DNA of 64,000 nucleotides, from assembly GCA_964016885.1 (NCBI GenBank), contig OZ024744.1:43524001-43588000 (forward strand), written 5' to 3'. The notes under the pieces were generated by a model. It was not told where the DNA came from. It searched no databases and saw nothing but the letters and a program-made list of their open reading frames with translations. Positions 23,187 through 37,100 of the stretch are shown here, piece after piece (the stretch's first letter is position 1; the number at the start of each line of letters is the position of its first letter). Origin of the DNA: Eledone cirrhosa (Eukaryota). The position numbers were made by a program, and so were the translations under genes.

Positions 23187-26100
23187 GCTTTCTTTATTAA
23201 CCACAAGGGTTTACATAAAGTAGACATTAAGGACAGTACAGGACTTTACAGGACGGTACAAAAGGGCATTTCTGCGTGTAAAATAAAACAGAGGATGTAA
23301 TAAAATAACAAAGAAAAATTCCCCAATAGGGAGGAGACTTCCGAGGGACATTTGTGGGAAAGCCCATTAAAAGGTCACAGTGACCCTGACCACCAGGGCA
23401 AGTACCCTCTCCCAGTTTTCCACCTTTAATTTACAGACACATACTCCGACCATACTTGCTTCTCTCACCCATCTTTCAACAAAATGCTGGGAAGAGAACA
23501 CTTCCCTCTCTACCTTGATTTTGCTTTCCAAATGAAATTTGAAAAAGTTAATCAGGGCATCACCGAAGAGGTAAGTGCTCGTCTTCAGCCCTTTCAAACG
23601 TGTCCACCATACTATCTCTTTCGCCATGGCCACCAGACAGATAAAAACTGCCTGCCCTTCCCGGCTAAAGGAAGAGGGCGGGGCAATCCTCACGATGGAC
23701 TCAGCTGATAGTTGGATCCGTCCTACACGTGACAGCAGGTGTTCGACATAAACCCACAAGTCAGCAATGCTCGGACACTGGACGAGTGCGTGCAGGACGG
23801 TTTCGTCGCCCTGCGCGCATCTCGGACATGCTCGGCTGACGGCACCTCCATGCCTGTAGAGTTTATCCCGAACTGGCAAAGCTCCTCGGTAGCACTGCCA
23901 GGCCAGGGATTTCTGGAAGTTGTCCATAGGCCCCGGCCCGAAAGTCCTTCCGAAGAGATTGGCTAGTTAATTTTCGTCGACGCCTAGAGTTTCTCCAAGT
24001 ACGTCGTCGCTCTTACCCTCCACTAATCCCCTATAGAACGCCAAGGTGGAGTTTCCACCGATCACATTGCCCGATTGGTCGAGGGCTGTGAGCGCCTGAA
24101 GACATTCCAGTCTCCAAGCGCTCCCTCTCGGTCTTCGCTTGACCCAGGACTGCAGCTCCGTCAAGGAGACGAGCTGGGGAAAGACGTGTCTAGCAAACGG
24201 CAACCACACCTGATCACCGTCGAGGAAGAGGTGGAGGTGTTGTAGCCTGAGCGCGTGTCTGCGCATCATCAACCACGGCATGCCCAGCCCTCCACGTAGC
24301 GGGTGTTGACAGCAGATGGACACACCTGACCATCGGAGCGCGTCCCTTCCACAAAAAGCGAAAGAGCAAACGCTCCAGCGCAGTCAGACGGGTCTTAGGA
24401 CAAGGTACGACGGTCAGGCGGTAGTAGATGACGGACGCGATGTACGTGTTAGCCACCTCCGCTCGACCTTTCAGGGATAGCTTCCTCTCTGCCCATTTCT
24501 GGGTGAGAGAAGCCACCCTGCTCGTCACCTCGTCCCAGTTTTTGTCCGTCTGGAGGTCCGGACCGAACCAGACCCCTATCAAACTAACCGGTCCGTCCGT
24601 CCAGCGCCCGATGACGCCGATTGACGGCATGGACCTGCCTCTCCAGGTGCCGAGCTGCAGGCCCACTGACTTTTCCTGGTTGATCATTGCTCCTGTCACC
24701 GCTTCGTATTCTCTTAGTGTAGTGCCGATCGCCTCGATGTGTTTGGCGTTTGACACCACTACAGTAACATCGTCCGCATATGCTGACACGGATCTTCCGC
24801 ACCCTAGTTCGCGCGGGATCCCCCTCAACGTCTCCAGTTTGTGCAGCAATGGCTCGAGAGTCAATACGTACAAGAGGGACGAGAGGGGACATCCTTGGCG
24901 GACGAGCGCATGTTGTTGAACGGTTCCGAAAGGTGACGGTTCAGTCTCACCATAGAGCAGATGTCGCTGTGCATGGCAGCGATCCAGCCTCTGAAGACGG
25001 GCCCAAAGCCAGCCACTCTCAGGACTGCCGCTAGGTAACGATGGTCGATCCTATAGAAAGCTTTCGACTGATCTAAATTGATCAAGGACCCACCCGTGCC
25101 AGGTTCCCTAGCTACCCTCTCTACGATGTATTGCATGAGGTGGAGATTGTCGTGGATGGATCTGTCGGGAATGGCGCTGATGTCTGCGCCTCTCCCACCA
25201 GACCACCAACGACAAGCGCCAACCTTTTTGCTAGCACCTTGGGCAAAATCTTGAACTCTGTGTTTAGCAGAGTTATGGACCTGAAATTATCTATGTTATC
25301 CCCCTTGTTCGGATCCTTTCTCAGCAGCGCCACAGCTCCTCGGCTCACAGAGCTTGGAATTCTCCCGTTCTGTTGCCAGTAGCAGTAGACGTCCGCCAAG
25401 AGGCCTCCGAACAAGTCTGGCATCTGTACGTAAAGTTCATGGGGCAGACCATCCAAACCAGGCGATTTAGCTCTTGTGCAGCCAGTCATTGCCTCCCTTA
25501 CTTCAGCGGCTGTTATCGGCTTTTCGCAACACTCCGCCTCAGTGGCCGAGAGCCGCGGCAGTCCGTCGAGGTAGACACTAAAATCCATCCCTCGATCCGG
25601 CCCGCCGTTGCCCCCGAACAGCTGTGCGAAGTGTCGCTGAAAAGCTTCACACATTTTCCCGGGTTCGAGTAGTATGTGCCCGTCGTGGTCCACCAAAGAC
25701 CGGATCGTGGCTTTGTTGCCACGACGCGCCTCCGCCACTCGGGCCCATTGAACGGCTTTCGTCCCCTCGTGTCTGAGAGCACGCACCCTAGCTTTGACAA
25801 CGCAGCCTTCGTGCTTTGCATTGAAGGATTGGTCAAGGGCCAATTTCGCCGCAAGTACGTCGGTCGCGATGCCTTTGCTAAGCGCCTCGTCTAATTTTCT
25901 AACTAATTCTCCCTCTGCTCTATTTTTCTCTATTGCTAAAGCCTTACTAAATCTAATGGACTCTATTCTAATCGCTCTTTTCAGAGCAAACCATCACTTG
26001 TTGTTGACGATGGCCACCGTTAACGCCCGCTTAACTAGTTCGCTAATCCGGTCACTGTAGGCCTTGCGCGTTGGTAAGGACGCGTTTAGCTTCCAGTAGC

Positions 26101-28709
26101 CGGGTCCTCGTCTATGAAGCCTATCTAAGTCAAGCACACAGATCACGAATTTGTGGTCCGTGTAGCTGACTATCTTGAATTGTGGACAGCCTATGCTAGA
26201 CCTATCTATTTCCCTACAAAATACTCTATCTAGATATGATCTGGATGACCCTATGCGATTTGTCCAAGTCCACATTGGCACATTCGGGAAATCCAATCGG
26301 TACCTGTCAGACAGTTCAGGCAGGTTGGTGAGGCTCTTGCAACGTCCTCCCCTATCCGCTGATCCCACACAGTCCCAGCGTGCATCTAAGATCCCGTTCC
26401 AGTCGCCCACTAACACTAAAGAGCGGGACGTTCCAAGAAAGGTCTCCAGACGCCGGAAGAAATCAGGTCGCCCTGCTCCTGTCGGGTCATAGACGGCGAC
26501 TAGCCTGAAAGCTTGCCCGTCTCCGCTGGTCACGTCCAGCACCACCAACTTACCTTCTGTGTCCAGGAAGATGGCCTGTATGGCGAGATCCAAACCTCTC
26601 CGAAAAAGCACAGCAACTCCTCCCCCCGATCCCGGACGGCTGGGAGATGCGTACACATCGTAACCGCCGAAGATCGGTGCGAAGGCCCGTGCTTCGGAGT
26701 TCTGGTCTCACTGATGGCCACTACATCTATGTTTAGTGACCTGACGTCGTTGAGCAGGTGGCCCTGCTTCCATGACGACCCCAAGCCACGCGCATTTATG
26801 TTGCCTATTCTGAGTGAGGTCATGTTGAAATGGAGTGGAAAAGATGGGAAAGACCACTTACCTTACTTCTTTTCACTGCTTGTGGCCTCCTCCGGAAGGA
26901 TGTCCTTATAAATCCTCCTGGAGAGTGTTTGTCGGAAGTCTCCGATGTCTTTGGGGAATTTTTGTTTTAGTGTCGTGTACGTTTTCTGTGTGATGCGAGT
27001 GATTTGTATGTGTGGAGGTGGTGTGAACTTTTAGGTTGTTGTGTAGTCTTTTTCTGTGATGCTGGTGTTGAGTTGGATGTAGTGTAATAATTGGTTGTTG
27101 TTCAAATTTAATGCTGTGTAGTGTGTATCGTTTTGGTTGTTTTGTTTTCTTTGCGTTTGTTGCGGGTTTGTTTCTGTTTCGCTTTTTGGTGACTTTTGTG
27201 GTGTTGGTGATGGTGGTGTTGGGGTTAATGTTGGTGATGGTGTTGGTGTTTGTGGTGATGGGGTTGGTGATGCTGGTGTGGATGGTGGCATGTCTGTCCT
27301 AACTTTTTTGTTTGATAGTTTATTTGTTTCCCTCTGTATTTTGTTTTTGGAGGGGGAGGGAAGAGAATCTTTTATATTTTGGTTTCTTATTTTATTTTTT
27401 CCTGATACCGTTTCCTACTCCTCGTCGTCACAATCTGTCTCCAGTTGTGATAGGCCGGGGAGTGGAAAATCCTCCACAGGCGTTGGTTTTGGTTGTGGCG
27501 TGGTGGATGGTGTAGGCGCTGGGGCTAGTTCTGGCGCGTTGGGTGGTGGTGGTGTTGGTTTTACTACTGTTGCTGGGGTTGTTGCTGTTACAGTTGCTTC
27601 TGTTGTTGCTGCTATAGTTGTTGCTGCCATCTCTGCTGCTGGTGGTGTTGATGGTTGAGTCACTGGGGTGGGTAAGAGAGGTGGCCTCAACCTTTTAGCC
27701 TGAGGGCAGAAAGCCCTTAGGTGGGTTCCTTCACCACAAACGACACACCTAGGCCTTCTGCCCTCGACGATTACGGTGAGGTGGCTGCCGTCAGTGAGGT
27801 CTATTACATCTGGGAAGTCCTCAGTGCCTTTTTGGTCCGCTTGGATCAGGAGCTCCATCCCTGATCCGCACCAGTTCTCCTGCTTTTCTTTCGCTATTTA
27901 GATTATGTTGGCTTCGATGCCGGCGAGGACGGCAGCTATTATCCAGGGAATTTCGATGGCCAGTGGAACGTGTGTCACCCTGATCTTTACGAGTCTCTGG
28001 CCACAATAGCTTGGTACGAGTGTGAAGTCGTCACTTCTTAATGGGGCCATGGAGTGTTCTCTAGCCTCCTGTGGTATTTCAAAGAACACGTCCACGGTTC
28101 CATATTTCTGCCCACGTATGATGTGGGGGTTTTTTGCCCACACATGTCCCAAACCTTTTGGGATTTGGGACTCGGATGCCCGTTCCACTCGACGCGATTT
28201 TATATTAATTGTTCGATAAGACACGGTGCATAGGCGCCGATGCTCCATTTTATTAGGTGGGGGTGAGGCTGACCCTATACCCATCTTTCTTTACCATTTT
28301 TTTGGCTTCTTCTAATTCTTCCTAAGTTACCTGAAATGCTTCGCACTGTTTTGCTACCCTGCAAAAGTCAGGGAGGTTTTCTTAATGTCATTGTTGCTGT
28401 TGTTGTTATCGTTATTTTTGTTATTATTAATTTTAGTTTCAGTTGTGGTGGTGGTGACGTCAGTGGTGTTCGGTGTGGAAGAGTTCATTTTGGTTGAATT
28501 CACTTCGATATCACGAGTTAATTTATTTTTTTATTTTGTTTCTGTTGTCGCTGTGGTGGTGGTGGTGGGGGGGGGGGGGATTTAACACCTGCAGTCATTG
28601 GTAATGGCGGGAAATGAATGTCTGTCTGAGACAAATTTAAAATATTGCTACTGCTTATATTTTTAGTGTTGGCAAACGTAGTAATATTTACAATGGTGAT
28701 GTCTGTGTG
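23187..28709 (-). mobile_element. Tx1-clade LINE copy B (family 1): near full-length, lacks 5' UTR
   Basis: ORF2 from 26823 with EN, RT and C-terminal CPRC..H..C; ORF1 about 28700-26858; many frameshifts; (ATT)n at the 3' end. Confidence 0.95.
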
Positions 28710-28882
28710 CTGCTTCATATATTGTATGAGTTCTTTATTTGCCATATTTATGGCAGTGTAATTTTTGTGAGAAGGGTGATTTTGTTGCTGTTTTCTTCTT
28801 GTTGCTGTTGGGTGTGTGTGTTTTGTTTTGTTTGCGTTGTTGGTATTTTTGTTGATGCTGGTGGTGGTGTGGTTGTTGTTGT
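28710..28882 (-). pseudogene. ORF1 C-terminal fragment of a related Tx1 family
   Basis: NYTAINMANKELIQYMKQHTDIT parallels HYTALNLNNKQLLHYIQHNTSIT (copy A) and RANKELMAL (copy D). Confidence 0.7.
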
Positions 28883-30575
28883 CTGACTGCAGGAGGGGTA
28901 AATCACCTGGTTTGGATGGTCTGCCCTACGAAGTTCATACGTACATGCCAGATGTCTACTCCATCTGGCAGGAGAACGGGAGCACTCCCAGTTTTGTGAG
29001 CCGGGGAGCGGTGACGCTGCTGAGAAAAGACCCGAACAAGGGGGACGTTATAGACAACTTCAGGCCCATAATTCTGTTAAACACATATTTCAAGATTTTG
29101 TCCAAGGTGTTAGCAAGGTGGTTCAAGAACCTGCTACGGGTGGGGACTTGGATCAATCTAAAGCATTTGATAGGGTCGACCGTCGGTACTTGGTGGCGGT
29201 CCTCGAGGCAACTGGTATCGGGCCTGTTTTCCGGGGTTGGATGCACAGCGACATATGCTCAGTTGTGAGGGTGAACGATCACCTGTTACACCCGTTCTGC
29301 AGCATGTGATCGGTCTGCCAGGGCTGTCCCCTTCGTTACACTTGTACGTATTGGCCATCGAGCTATTACAGCACAAATTGCGAGGGGTGAGAGGCGCCCC
29401 ACGCGAACTAGGATGTGGGAGGTCCATATCGGCTTACGCCAACGATGTCACCCTCGTAGTGTCAAGTGCCGGACATGTCCAGATGCTCGGCAGCGCTCTC
29501 AAGGAAGATGAAGCCGTCACAGGAGCAAAGTTAAACCAGGAAAATTCTGTGGGCTTGCATCTCGGCACCTGGCGAGGCAAGTCCATGCCATCCGACAGCG
29601 TCATGGGCCGTGTACTGAAGTGCTACTGAGGAGCGTTGCCGGTTCGAAATAAGCTTTACAGGTACAGAAGTGTCATCAACCGAACCTGTCCAAGATGCGT
29701 GCAGTGCGACGAAACCACCCTGCACGAACTCGTTCCATTCCCGTGCATTGCTGACTTGTGGGGCTATGTCAAACAGTTGCTGACGCATGTAGGACGGATC
29801 CGGTTATTGACTGAGTCCATTGTGTATATAGCCCCACCATACTCCCTTAAGGAGCAAGAATGGCAGGCAGTTTTCATTTGCCTGGTGGCCATGGCGAAAG
29901 AAATTTCCAGAAATCTCGCGCTTGGCAGTGCTACCGGCGAGGCCTGCCGGTTTGAGATAAACTTTATAGGCATGATAGTGCTGTCAGACGGAGCTGTCCG
30001 AGATGTGCCAAGAGTGACGAAACCGTTTTGTAGGCACTCGTCCAGTGGTGGTATATTGCTGACACATGAAGTTATGTCTAACAGTTGTTATCGCGTGTGG
30101 GTCAGATCCGGCTATCAACTGATTCCATAATGAAGATCACCCTGCCGCCTTCTTTTGAACGAGAAGAGTAGGCAGTTTTTCTCTGTCTGATAGCTGTAGA
30201 GAAAGAGGTTGTGTGGTGGATGCAACTGAAAGGTCTGAAGACAGACGCTTTCCTCTTCGAACATTTTTTTATAGGGTGGGCGATTGTTGCAAGTATGGTC
30301 CTTGTGAATGCACGTGTAGGTGGGAAGGATGGAGGGAGAGAGGGGTACCATGCTAGGGTGCTCTTGGATATGAGGGTGGATTGGGATTTGTGGGGTTTCT
30401 TACGTTACCCACTAGGTCGTAAGCCCCCACTCCAATGGGGAGTTGTATTGTTGACATTTTTTTGTTAATTGTCTTAGTTTTTTTTACTGGATATTATTGT
30501 AAACCCCCACTGTCTCCCTCTTTGGACAGTCCTCTATTTTCGGCACGTGTTGCCAATAATAAAGAAGTCATTATT
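28883..30575 (+). mobile_element. Tx1-clade LINE copy C: older, deleted ORF2 plus 3' UTR
   Basis: KSPGLDGLPYE, NFRPIILLN, DQSKAFDRVD, SAYANDV and two CPRC regions; ends AATAATAAAGAAGTCATTATT. Confidence 0.9.
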
Positions 30576-30794
30576 TTCCTCGGAGTCTCAGTCATTGATG
30601 CTATTTAACTGGAAAGTTTGTTCAAATGAATATCAAGCAGTTACCTGCAGCCTCAATTATTCAGGACATATCGGAGGGGTATTGCTGTTTCCAGCAAGAA
30701 TGCCATTTGAAGTGTTCCAAAAATGGGGGCTGGACTAATGGTATCGGTTAATTTTCTCATTCTCCTTTTCTTGTGAAAGGGGCAGGCTACATCT

Positions 30795-30960
30795 ACAATT
30801 AGGCACGATCTTTTTTCCTTGTCAAAAACCGCCAGGTCAGGCTTATTGTGTTCTAATTTCTTGTCTGTCTATCCTGAATTCCCATAGCACCTTCACTTGA
30901 ATGTTTTCTATCAGCGAGTCTGGCTAATGCTCATACCACTTCTCAGAATGTGGTAAATTA
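30795..30960 (-). pseudogene. RLE-type LINE fragment
   Basis: KWYEH*PDSLIEN..VKVLWEF..TDKKLEHNKPDLAVFDK. Confidence 0.7.
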
Positions 30961-31179
30961 CTCAGTTTGTATAGATGCCAGTGAATTACCTTTCCTATTA
31001 TATCATGCATCCAGCCTTTATAGTGTGTCTGGGCTAGGTGTTTACACTTGGATGCGATGTGAGCCACAGTCACATTTCCTGTTATATCATGTATGTGTGG
31101 ATGTGTCTACTTTCAGTTATATGTGTGCATTTTGCATATGCATTGTATCTGCACATTTGTACATGCAGTTATTAGATGC

Positions 31180-33750
31180 AGAATTTTGGAATGTTTTACA
31201 TATTTTTACAGTTCCATTAATGGATTGTACTTGTAATTTCCTAACTAGCCATGTTCTTTCTATTTCTGGGAAGCCTACCTTCTCAAGAATTGTTCTGGGG
31301 CAGTTACTAACCTATTCCAGAGCCCCAATAAACACAGGTGATAATCTGAAGGTATAGTCAGGGTGGAGTATCTGTAGATTTCTCATTAGTTCTGCATGGG
31401 TATTCTCTTATTCGCTAATCTTTATTATTATATTGGCATCTGCTGTACAGCTAACTTCCACTACTGTGCATGCCTTCTTTTCCCTGTCCCATATCATTAT
31501 ATCTGGTCTGTTATGCTTGCCTTTTATTGGGGTTTTTACTGGTACATTCCACCAGTACTTTTTCATATTATGTATGTTTTCCACATTGTTGCAACTTCTA
31601 ATATGTTTATTGTTGGGGCTATCTTTTCTACGAATTGCATTGTATAGCGTTTTGGCCTCATGGGTTGATAGTACCGTGATGGCATCTTTGGACAGCTGTT
31701 AATGACATGGGTGACATCTTCGATGTCAATTCTGCAGAGTCTGCACTTGTCATATCTAGTTGTTTTGCCTGCATCCCCATCTCTTTTGTGAATCAGGTAT
31801 TTTGTGTTGATTTCCTCTCCTTCGATTTCAAAAGCGTATCCTTCAAATCTAATCTAATCTAATCTGGTCGAGTTTTCACTCGCAAATAAGAAGAACCAGA
31901 GCCGCCCCTAGGTACATTAGATTTGGTGTACTTCTTATTTGTTTCGGTTGCTGAATACAATTAGTGGTCGCTGTTTCTCCTGAAGGTCATTAGTTCTCTT
32001 CAAACTCGAGCGGGCGCTCCTTTCCATTGTCAATTTGCATTGATCATCTGCAAAGTCGCATTGTTCTCAGAACCACTACACAAGTCTTACGATGGGTGCA
32101 GCTGGAACTACTGCCACTCATTGATTTGGCAGGGGTTTTTTTAATGGCCGTTGATTCTTATGAGTTCTTCCGCCATGTGTCAGGTTTTGTCTTTTGTTTT
32201 GCAGGATGTCCAAAATCACTCTCCTCACCAAGTAATCTTGGTGGGGTTGCCGGTTTAGTCACCGACGACCCGACCATGCGACATGGTATCCTCCAAAGTG
32301 GGAGCCAATATAGCGGTTATTGGTCCAAGAGAGATTACTTTGCTTATCTATATTACTTTCACTCAGGAGCTTCCTGGCAACATATCCATGCAGGATTTTT
32401 TTGCTGATAACCATGTCATTTTTCTTCCATGGATTCACTGCTGTATTGCTGGGCATTTTCCCTTTCAACTAGTCCTTCCCAGCTCCCGTGATCTTATCTG
32501 TCTCATGCAGACAGACTTGCACAATAGATGGGCTCCTTCGCTTGGAGATTTGTAAATGTTGTCGGAGGGACACTCAAACGTTGTCTGGACTGATCTTAGG
32601 CCTCTGCCTCCCTGCTACTTTTCAAGTAGAGGTGGTCACTGCTGATGTGGAAGTTTCCGGTGTTGTTTAGTATTTTTCGAGTCTTAACATCGGATTTCGT
32701 CTATCATCCAATTGAGTATTCCAAACGTTGGTGTTAGGACAGGCACAGCAAACACACTGTGAGCCACTGTGCGCAAAGGGTTTCGATGACCATATTTTAA
32801 ATAATCGGGTGTAATATTCCCTGGTCACGCCTTCCTTATTACAAATACAATTATAGAATATATTCTCAGGTATCTGTAGCAGTCCTTGTCAGATATCAGT
32901 GAAACAGTTAGGCCATTGATAAAAATGTTAGATTTGGTTGTAGTTTTTCCCCGTTTTACAGTCATATATGAACATTTATCTTGGCAAAACTCCATTCTTA
33001 TATCCTTTGAGAATGTTGTAACCAGGTCAAGATGTTTCTTCATCCCATTTATGTTCTTGGTATAGAATTTCGGGTCATCCACAAATAAATTATGGGTTAA
33101 GTAGCACAGAGAGACTGTCTCCCTGAAATTTACCGCTGTGATATTCTATTTTATCAGTGAAAATAGAGCAATCTTTCTCTGGTGTTAACTTTAGTATAGT
33201 AGCCCAAGAAGACACCTTCTCTATGGCTCTGATAATAATGTCTGGGATTTAGCAAGTTGGCGGGCCTCTATCATCCAAGAGTGGGGAACAGAATCGAAAG
33301 CTTTCCTGTAGTCCAGCCAGACTGTAGCCATATTCCCGACATCGCAGTTTTTCTTGATTAGGAGTTGTTCAGCACATCCTCAAACCCCTTTCTATCCAGC
33401 TGCTTGTTCATCTGTGATGATGTTATTATTTTCACAGTGATCTTGAAGGAATAGGTTCAGGCAGGCTATATACATCTTATACATCAGGTTCTGGCATGCA
33501 ATGGGTCGGTTGTTTTTTGCCAAGTGGGTGTCTTTGTTCTTGGGGACCAGTATTATTTGTGCTAATGTCAACCATTCTGGTATAAGTGTATCTCCCTTAA
33601 GAACTTGTTGGTAGATGTCAATAAGATACATCCGATAGAATATCAGTTTTTTGTAACAGTAGCCGACAATCATGTCTCTACCTGGTGTTTTCTTATCTTG
33701 GAGTTTTCCTATCACAGTCTCAAGCATATCCTCATTTATTTCGTATGTTT
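31180..33750 (-). mobile_element. R4/Dong-like non-LTR retrotransposon (RT, CCHC and RLE), decayed and interrupted
   Basis: NRPIACQNLMYK, WLDYRKAFDSVPHSW, LFVDD, FAVPVLTPTFG, CRLC..THVINSC and HNRPDI motifs. Confidence 0.88.
31848..32285 (-). mobile_element. Short non-coding retroposon with (AGATT)n tail and 12-bp TSD
   Basis: GTATCCTTCAAA 31836-31847 and GTATCCTCCAAA 32286-32297; part homologous to 33780-33955 and 42233-42277. Confidence 0.75.
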
Positions 33751-33779
33751 CTGTATGTATGTATATATGTATGTTTATG

Positions 33780-33955
33780 CCGGTCACCCTTACTGGTAAC
33801 ATGTAACCCAGTACTACTTGTCCCATGGTCTGGTTGTCGGCGACTAAACCGGCAACTCCACTAAGTTTACTTAGTGAGGAGAGTGATTTTGGACACCCTG
33901 CAGGACAAAAAACAAAACCTGACAAAGGGTGGAATGACTCATAAAAGTTAACGGT
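33780..33955 (+). mobile_element. Fragment of the same short retroposon family
   Basis: Reverse complement of about 32145-32280. Confidence 0.75.
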
Positions 33956-34086
33956 TATCCCAAAATATATCAATATGTACACACACACATATACACACAC
34001 ATATATATATATATAAATATATATATATCCAGTCCAGAAATAGCCGTTGAAACGGCTTGAGCTCAGCATTCGAGGTCTTACTGGTT

Positions 34087-34117
<31 letters not shown>

Positions 34118-34121
<4 letters not shown>

Positions 34122-37100
34122 ATGAGAAGAAAGAAGAATACTGCGGGGTTGCACATGGGTTACATATGATAAAAATATTCCTTCGTCAGTGATTTTCCAA
34201 CCATCATTGGTATTTCATCGCATTAAAAATCATATACCTCAGGTTGGTGCGAGCAATAACTAAAAAAAGTTATTGGGACCAGTAAATCGCGTAAAGCGAC
34301 GGGGACAAGTAAACAACATAGAAGGATAAAAGTAAACCAAAGATAGGAAAAAAAACAAGCAACATGGTTGTCCGGTCAGCATAATCTGGGTGGATTTCAT
34401 GGGCGAAAGGTACAGACCGTCCGACGTGAGTGGGATGTAAGCAAGAAGAGACCCACTACAAGCCAAACGGGAGGAAGTGAGAAGGGGAGAAACAGAGAGT
34501 GAGTGAGTGGAAGTGCGAGGAGGAGGTCAGTCGAGAGAAAGTGTAAATGACAGAGGGGGCGAAAGAAGGTGAGAGAAACAGAGAGAGCGGGGAAGCAGTA
34601 AGAGAGAAACAGACAAACGCAGCCGAGGTAAATATGTATAAAAAAACATGAGAAGAAAGAAGAATACTGCGTGGTTGCACATGGGTTACATATGATAAAA
34701 ATAGTCCTTCGTCAGTGATTTTCCATCCATCCATCATTGATATTTCATCGCATTAAAAATCAGATACCTCAGGTTGGTGCGAGCAATAACTAAAAAAAGT
34801 TATTGGGACAAGTAAACAACATAGAAGGATAAAAGCAAACCAAAGATAGGGAAAAAAAAACAAGCACGTCAACAAAGATACATACATATATCTGTCTATA
34901 CACAAATATGATATACACATAAAGTCATATAAAGCTACATAATGGGTCATATTAAGGGTCATACATGAAAGGATGCATCTTGTTATACACATGCACAAAT
35001 ATAAACAATATAACCATATACATACATCCATACACATACATATATATATATATACATATACATATATATATACATACACACACACACATATATGTACATA
35101 CACACACATACATACACATATGTAAAAAAACCTACAATATACTAAAATATACATATAACGTCATACATTAAAGGATGTATCTTCTAAACATGCACATATA
35201 TAAACAATATAACCATATACATACATCCATACACAAACACATATACATATATACATATATATATGTTTATATATACACACATTTATACATATACGCATAC
35301 ATATATACACACATATAAAAAATAAATATACAATATATTAAAAATATACATATAACGTCACATAGAGATATATAAAAAAGAAGGGACGTGTGTGTGTATG
35401 AGGTAGTACACAGGAGGAGTATGAGATGTACACTTGGGCCTGTATATGGAGCAAATAATATGTGTTCCAAAATGGAATACGTGGAGAGTATGGATTCTCG
35501 ATTGAAAAGGTACGCATGCATGGGTGTGTGTGGACCGGCCATACTGGAGTATGTCATTGTGGTTGAGGTATGTTGTCCTATAGGTGTAAGGTATTTGAGT
35601 GAAAGTCAGTGGAATCCGGATCAACCTATCCCGGCTCAGGCGATGTTCTTGCCTAAGGTGACGTGCAAAGTCGGGTATGCATCTTGGGTTATTTTGGTTT
35701 ACCCCACGGGGCATATACTGTCATCAGGGTATGATGTCTGATCCCTTGAACCCGTTTCGGCGCTCAGGTTGGCGTGCGCTCCGCCACATGCCTTTAGCCT
35801 GGTCTTCCCGGTGGATCCCATGCGGAGAGTGTGCACCTTCTCTGGTGTCTGCACGTCATGATTATTTCCGATTTCAGGTTGACCGCATTATCCTTCAGTC
35901 TGACTATCTCCATGGCCTCGTATAGGCATAGGCTACACTTTCTACTTCCAGCCGAGTATACATTCACGTGCCGAACGATACTCCAGTCAAGGGTGTACGG
36001 GGTGCCCTTGTCTTTCAAGTCCCACACCAGGTCCGCTAGCCTAGTAGAGTGTCTCTTACTACGGTCATTGAAAGAGTTCGTTTGGTTATACATCCGCGAT
36101 TTAAAAGTCGTGGATGTTGCTCCGATGTAGGTGCGCTTTATATTGTGCGTGGTAACTACACATTTATATACCAGACCCTTCGTCAGGCATCTCTCTCCCG
36201 ATTCTCAGGGTGTTGTTCCGCCGGCACGGTGGTCTCTCCTCCGTCACTCATTCCCTCCCGGTGTTGGATCGTGTCGCCTTCTGCGGGCGTTTGGCCGCCG
36301 CGAGGGCCGGGTTGTTGTTAGAACACCGGTCCAGGAGGGGCCCTCCGGGTTCCTATGGACGGTCATTCTGCCGCCGCGGTTGACGGTCGAGGTTCCCCAT
36401 CTTTACCGCGTTGGTTTTGGTCATATAGTCGGCCATGTTAGGTGCTGTGGGGAAGGAAAAATTCACCGTGTGGCGGTTGGAAATCTTGTGGTATCTGTTC
36501 GACGGCGGGAAGCACTCGTCTAACGTTTGGAAAAAAAGCATTGGCACATTGCTGCATACATGCTTAGAATACGACGCGTTAAACCATGTAACGGCCTTAG
36601 ATCTAGTCTTGTTCTTTCGTGTTTGTGTAGTAGTGTGAGTGTGTCTTGGGTCTGATGTCCGTCTCGGGTTTTGCCCGCCTATTATTACGCCCCCTATGTT
36701 GCCTCTATTATATGTCTACTGTGGGCGTCATGGTTACGCCTTTCACTTACTAAGGTATTCCGTTTTGTATAGTCGGTCCTTTGTCTTTAAGGTAAACTGT
36801 GCTGCTACTCGTGTTCTTGAAGGCTAGTACCGCGTCATTTCTTCTACCTATGGAAGTGCCACAGCTATTGCCGTATCCGCATGGCTCGGCGCTAGGCTCT
36901 TCTCTGTCTGTGGTATACACTATGCTGTCTGTGTAACCGGCTCTGCGCAGTGCTCTTTATAATAGTCGGCGTTGACCGACAGGGTGGATACGCGTTTAGA
37001 TACCTCTTTAACTATTGCTTCTATGACTGACTTGGGGTGGTTCGATTGCAGGTTCTCATTGGTCTTGTGATAAGGTCGGTGGATGCCCGTATTCATTTCC

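Noticed and set aside
34140-34780. Hammerhead candidates in the Penelope 1 terminal repeats (CTGAGGT..GAAA; CTGACGA)
   Set aside because: Core is wrong or GAAA is missing, and there is no valid NUH triplet
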